Source of the DNA: Tubulanus polymorphus
Lineage: Eukaryota > Animalia > Nemertea
Direction of reading: 5' to 3'
DNA length: 64,000 nt
Assembly (NCBI RefSeq): GCF_964204645.1
Contig: NC_134035.1
Span: 7,286,451-7,350,450 of the forward strand
Shown here: one piece after another, positions 59,030 to 64,000 of the stretch
Layout of the letters: each line of letters starts with the position of its first letter
How positions within the stretch are numbered: position 1 is the stretch's first letter
Notes under the pieces: model-generated
What the model was told of the DNA's origin: nothing
Databases searched by the model: none
What the model saw: the letters and a program-made list of their open reading frames with translations, nothing else
Position numbers and translations under genes: made by a program

Positions 59030-62000
59030 TTAAAACACAGCAACTTTATACTCATACTCATTTCTCCTATTATCCTTAATTAATTTCGCAACAACTGTAC
59101 TATTTACATGAACTAATGTTTTAACCTTTCGATTATCATCCGTTCTCAATCTGTAATTAACTTCTCCTATTTTTTCAATAATTTCATATGGGCCCAGCCA
59201 AAATGAATGTAATTTCTTTGATGCCCCAGTAGGCAAATGTGGGTAATAAAGAAAAACCTTACTCCCCACTTCAAACTGAATATCTTTAGCATTTTTATCG
59301 TACTGCTGCTTCATTTTTATTTTGCTCAGTTCCCGATTCTTACGAACTATGTCATGTACTATATCCATCTTCTTAATTAAGTGTTGAAAATAGGCCACAT
59401 GAGACCCATATTCATTTTTTGGAGCTGATATGGCTAGTTCCATGGGCAATTTAGGCATCCGCCCAAAAACAATTTCAAAAGGCGTGAATGACGTCGAATT
59501 GATATTATTTGAGGAATTCATTGCGAATACCGCAGATTGCAGATATAAGTCCCACTTTCCCGGGCTTTGTCCATCTAATAACTTAGCTATTGATTTGTTT
59601 AATTGTCTATGTTGTACTTCTAAAGCACCATTCGCCTGTGGATGATATGAGGACGTAGTTTTTGTTCTACCCCCCAAGAGGATGGCCGTTCGTTGAAAGA
59701 CTTTTGAGATAAAGTTTGACCCATTGTCGGTAAGTATAGTAGAAAACATCCCATATCTCAAAATGATACCATCCACCAACCTTTCGGCGACCTCTTCTGC
59801 CGATGCCGTCTTAAGCGGAAATGCCTCCATATATGATGAAAAAGTTTCAATACATGTCAACACATATTTATGCCCCTTGTCAGACACCGGAAAGGGACCC
59901 ACCATATCCATAGCAAATTTATGGAAAATTGGCTCCATCTTTTTTAACCACAACAGTGCTTTATGATCTGTGACCACCGTAAAAGGATTTCCATACAGGT
60001 ATACTTTATAATACTTAATGGCTGAAATGAGTGCCAGACACTCCCGCTCACTAGCGGAATATGCTTGTTCTTGTTTTGTTAGTGCTCGTCCACCGTATGC
60101 AATTACGTGTTCTTGACCATCGTCTCCTTTCTGTACAAGACAATATCCCATCGCAAAATTTGATGCGTCGCAGTGAACCTTGAACTTGCGTTCCAGAGAA
60201 GGATATGCTAACACGGGTGCTGTTATAAGTGCCTGTTTCAAGTCATCAAACGCTTTCTGACAATCGTCAGACCATAGAAATGGTATACCCTTTCTCGTCA
60301 ATAGTGTCAATGGTCGTGCCCGCCCCGAAAAGTTCTTAATGAATTTTCTATAGAAATTAGCAGCCCCTAGGAAAGACCGAACTTGAGTTTGATTTGTAGG
60401 CACAGGGCAGTTTCGAATCACATTTACTTTCTCGGGATTAGTTCTAATGCCATCCCCGTCTAAATAGAAACACAAAAACTTACAGTTTGGTCGAGCAATA
60501 AAACATTTGCTGGGTTTAAGTGTCAACCCCGCCACCCGTAATCTTTCAAAAAGTTGGCGTAAATGTTGTAAGTGATCCTCCCAACACGTAGAAAATACTA
60601 AAAGGTCATCTAAATAAACCAAAACAGAGTGTCCTTATGAATGTAAGAGGCGAGCCATAATGGATTGAAAAATACTAGGGGCCGATGCTATGCCCATGGG
60701 TAATCTAGTAAATTGGTAATGACCAGTAGGCGTTACGAACGCCGTTTTGTGACGAGACTCTTGTGAAATCGGGATCTGAAAATAACCACTTCTTAAATCT
60801 AGAGAAGAAAATATTTTTGGCCTAGCGGTGCCACACATAGTTAAGGTGTCAAAGATATGAGGTATTGGATGTAACGTTTGCAATTTTAATACCTTATTTA
60901 ATCGCCTAAAATCAATACACAATCGATATGACCCATCTGGTTTTGGTACCAAAAGTGCGGGAGAACTATAATTTGAATTTGAATCTTCAATAACGCCTTG
61001 CTTTTTAAGTTCATCAATCTGCTTATCTAAAATATCCCTCAACGCTAATGGAACCCGATATGGTCGTGACCGAATAGGCACCTCATTTTCAGTCTCAATA
61101 TTGCATTCAACCCCCTTTGCGGTTCCCAACTCCAATATCCCTTCTGCAAACCTATCTCTGTATTCTTCCAATAATGATTTTAAATCAGCTTTTTGCTGTA
61201 CCGATATGTCTCCCGTTTCCACACTATCTAATATATCGTTTTGATTTTCAGGTTGAGGCGTGGAAATACCTTCACTATCAATTGTCATATATGACCCGTC
61301 TGCGATAGGAGCATCTAAATCGATGAGAGTAACATCTCCTAAAATGGCACCCTTTTTTAACCGTTTTGAATAATTTGATGGATTACAAACTTGCACAGGT
61401 AATACCCCACTTTTAATATTAGATATACTAGCCGCACCCATAATACCATATTTATCCCATAATCTAGCTGACTGTTGAACAAAACCTACACCGTCCTTTC
61501 TTCCCGTCCCCTTCATTTTTACTTTTATCTGCACCTGTGTACCAGGCGGAATTGTGACCGTATCGTTAGCTACTATACAAATTTGTAATTGTACCTTTGC
61601 CCCCTCGTGAAGAGGTATTGAGTGACCGGATGACAGATGTAGGAGCTTTCTCGGAGTGTCAATAACCACACCCTGACTGTTAATGAAATCCATGCCTAGA
61701 ATACATGGGTGAGCCAATTTCCTTAATATCAGAAATTCTTGCTTAACAACCCTTGATTTCATTTTAAGATTTAATTTAACAATACCGAATATTTCTAATG
61801 TACCCCCATCAGCTACCGTAGCATATTTATAACCGTCATATTCTAACGGCGTTACTAATACCGTGGATCTTAATTTTAAAAAGTATTCATATGATATGAC
61901 ACTTCGAGTTGCTCCTGTATCAATCAAAACATCCATCCGTTCATCAAAAATAACACAATTTAAGGATAGCGGGTGCTCAGAGCATAATACTTTTGGTTTT

Positions 62001-62164
62001 TCTTTCAAAATTTTCTGCTTTGTCAAGTTTTGTTTGTGAGATTTCAATTTTGTCTGTGAGCGCCCACTATCCCCCGTTATCCCCGATCCTACCTCATACA
62101 ATACTTTGGCATTCTCTGTTTGTATTGCTCTGGACAGCTGCCCTAAGCCATCCTTGCTACAGCC
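59030..62164 (-). pseudogene. pol: pol (PR-RT-RH-IN) with in-frame TAA at 60635-60637 and internal deletion
   Basis: LIDTGA, YRLCIDFR, LDLRSGYFQ, LPMG, YLDD, CDAS, ERECLA, TDHKAL, MDMVGP, TDNGSNF, YHPQANG, GPY. Confidence 0.93.
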
Positions 62165-63175
62165 CTAATTAGTCCGCTGTTGTCGATTCGTATTCCGACG
62201 GCAATATCTGCTAATATGTCCAGGTAAACCACATTGATAACAAATGATGTTTCTATTTTCCGTTGCAAAGGTAGATTTCGCTGGCCCCCTGCAATTTGTA
62301 GCCATATGTCCAATTATGTTACACCTGTAACATCGACCTCTAAACGTAGGGTAGCGAAATCTATTGTTTGTAGCTCCATTTCGCGCGTACGTAATCGCTT
62401 CAAACGGTCGTTGAATTCGCGTAAGAGCCCGACTTTCCTGTGCCATCGTCTCCTCCTTTCGTTGTTTAATTTCTAGCTGATTTATTCTTGTTTTCAGTTC
62501 GTCCCACTCCGCGTTGGCTGTCTCGACTTGATGAACACCAGGGCCATCTATTTTCAACATCTGGACTACGTTACTAGCCATTTTGATGGCTTTGTCCAGA
62601 TCCTCTGGCATTTGCGTCCAAACGATTTTGCGAATGTCCGCGGAGAGACCGTCAATAAACGTACTCAACGTCACATGCGCGGGTAATTCCAATTCATTCG
62701 CTCTCCGTTTAACATCGTCTGCGAAACTGTCTACTGTTTGGCCTGAAACCATGCGCATGTGTTTCAGCTGGTGAGTTTTTAGCATTTTTCGATCCGGGTT
62801 ATTATATCGCTGATTAAACGCTTGTAATAAATTATTCCACACGCGTTTTTTATCTTTATCGACACCTAAATACCAAGAGCGAGCTTCTCCCCTCAAAAAC
62901 AAGGGAAAGCTCCTCAGTATCTGACGGTCACTCCATGCCATGAGTTTTACGTATTGTAAAAATGCGTCCAACCATGGTTCCGGATCGTTTGTTCCGTCAA
63001 AATGTTCTGGTTTCAGCCCGCTTACGCCTTTCGGGACAATGATTATTTCATCGTCACTATCATTGTCGTCGTCTTGTCCTACAGCCGGATTGGCTGGTCC
63101 CACGGCCGGTTGCTGTCCCGCGTTTGCCATCCCCAACAGTTGTGCTTTTCGTTTAACGGGTTGGTTATAAAACAT
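62165..63175 (-). CDS. gag: gag with two CCHC zinc knuckles
   Basis: KPEHFDG...LRGEARSWY...FIDGL; CYRCNIIGHMATNC and CYQCGLPGHISRYC. Confidence 0.92.
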   Translation of the reverse strand: MFYNQPVKRKAQLLGMANAGQQPAVGPANPAVGQDDDNDSDDEIIIVPKGVSGLKPEHFDGTNDPEPWLDAFLQYVKLMAWSDRQILRSFPLFLRGEARSWYLGVDKDKKRVWNNLLQAFNQRYNNPDRKMLKTHQLKHMRMVSGQTVDSFADDVKRRANELELPAHVTLSTFIDGLSADIRKIVWTQMPEDLDKAIKMASNVVQMLKIDGPGVHQVETANAEWDELKTRINQLEIKQRKEETMAQESRALTRIQRPFEAITYARNGATNNRFRYPTFRGRCYRCNIIGHMATNCRGPAKSTFATENRNIICYQCGLPGHISRYCRRNTNRQQRTN

Positions 63176-63253
63176 AAACCAGAGTTTTTATAAATCGATT
63201 CAAAGTTTTGTATAATGTCACTCACCACTAGCTTGGCTGCGAGACCGGAATTC

Positions 63254-63271
63254 TGCCGCTATTCTCCACCA
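63254..63271 (-). promoter_or_regulatory. Primer binding site (tRNA-Ala-like)
   Basis: tggtggagaatagcggca one base after the 5' LTR; tRNA identity from recalled TCTCCACCA 3' end. Confidence 0.75.
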
Positions 63272-63272
63272 G

Positions 63273-63872
63273 TGTTGTGGGGGTCCTCTTTCCCAGTGTC
63301 CGGGTGACGTGTGTTGACCACGTGCGTTGTTTGCGTTTCACCAGCGTAGTTCCTTGGGGTTCTTCTCATAAATTAACTACAACTAGCTTCTTCTATCGAT
63401 CCAGATCTTTATTCTTATACTCTCTTCTTACAATCTTCCTAGCACGTCCCCTCTAGTTCTAACCACTAGCTCAACCGACCCAGCTCTACCGACCAAGCTT
63501 TCGACCCCACTGCATTAAAACCCTCCCTTTTTATACTTATTCTTCCTTCGCTCGTGACGTATATTTCCACACCGCTTGGCCTCATCGCCAGAGACGTCTT
63601 ATTCTATTACTACAGTCCTACTGGCCATGTAAATCATTTCTACGTGTGTTATACGTCACGAGCGCTAAATTTATAACTCAACTTTCCAGAGCTCAAGGCT
63701 GCTGCTATAACAAGCTTTCCCACGTAGACACCCACGTCACTCTCACCTATCTTCTATGCTTCTCTCTTATGTGTGACGTAATTATTCACGTAGGTCGCCT
63801 GCTAACCGCAACTACTGCCTTGAACTCCGGCTTATTTCCCACTGTCTAAATAGGTAATTTATTACTCCAATA
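63273..63872 (-). repeat. 5' LTR
   Basis: Near-identical to 53514-54112. Confidence 0.95.
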
Positions 63873-64000
63873 GCGCCAGAACGCCAGAACGCCAAAACGA
63901 AAAAAAACGTCCAATTTTCTCTAAAAGTTCGTTTTGGCGCGCCAAAACAAAGAAAATTCCGTTTTGGCGCCCCCGCCAAAACGAACTTTCATTTTGGCGC
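63873..64000. mobile_element. End of a probable DNA transposon (starts gagggcgc at 53506) split by the LTR element
   Basis: Direct and inverted cgccaaaacg / cgttttggcg subterminal motifs; runs off the window. Confidence 0.45.

Larger units (their letters stand above)
53514..63872 (-). mobile_element. Env-carrying Ty3/Gypsy LTR retroelement, GCGC TSD
   Basis: Two ~600-bp LTRs, PBS, PPT, gag, PR-RT-RH-IN order, env; gcgc at 53510-53513 and 63873-63876. Confidence 0.95.

Noticed and set aside
62160-62200. Ribosomal frameshift site at the gag end
   Set aside because: No slippery heptamer, and pol is in frame with gag

Overview
Animal (invertebrate-type, AT-rich, spliceosomal introns) nuclear DNA, dense in transposons; no prokaryotic features, no CRISPR. 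Host genes: the last exon of an upstream TRPC paralog (1550-2052), a 4-TM MS4A/CD20-like gene on the minus strand (5409-6194), a complete 13-exon TRPC cation channel (12154-26510, about 1103 aa by manual splicing) and a frameshifted intronless peptide-receptor-like GPCR (46339-47451). Two virus-like elements dominate. (1) A decayed ~14.4-kb Polinton/Maverick (28273-42695) with integrase, ATPase, major and minor capsid, pPolB and several small membrane proteins; almost every ORF starts in a poxvirus-late-promoter-like TAAATG context and the right end is an 80-bp hairpin. (2) A young ~10.4-kb env-carrying Ty3/Gypsy element (53514-63872, minus strand) with gag and pol separated by one in-frame UAG, an env extended by a second signal-peptide/TM unit, and a 3' accessory region that appears to hold an intron-containing antisense gene. 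Also present: two LINEs, Penelope fragments with hammerhead ribozymes, two Helitrons, a foldback+HINE composite in two copies, MITEs, a SINE and microsatellites. All family assignments come from motif recognition by eye; no searches were run.
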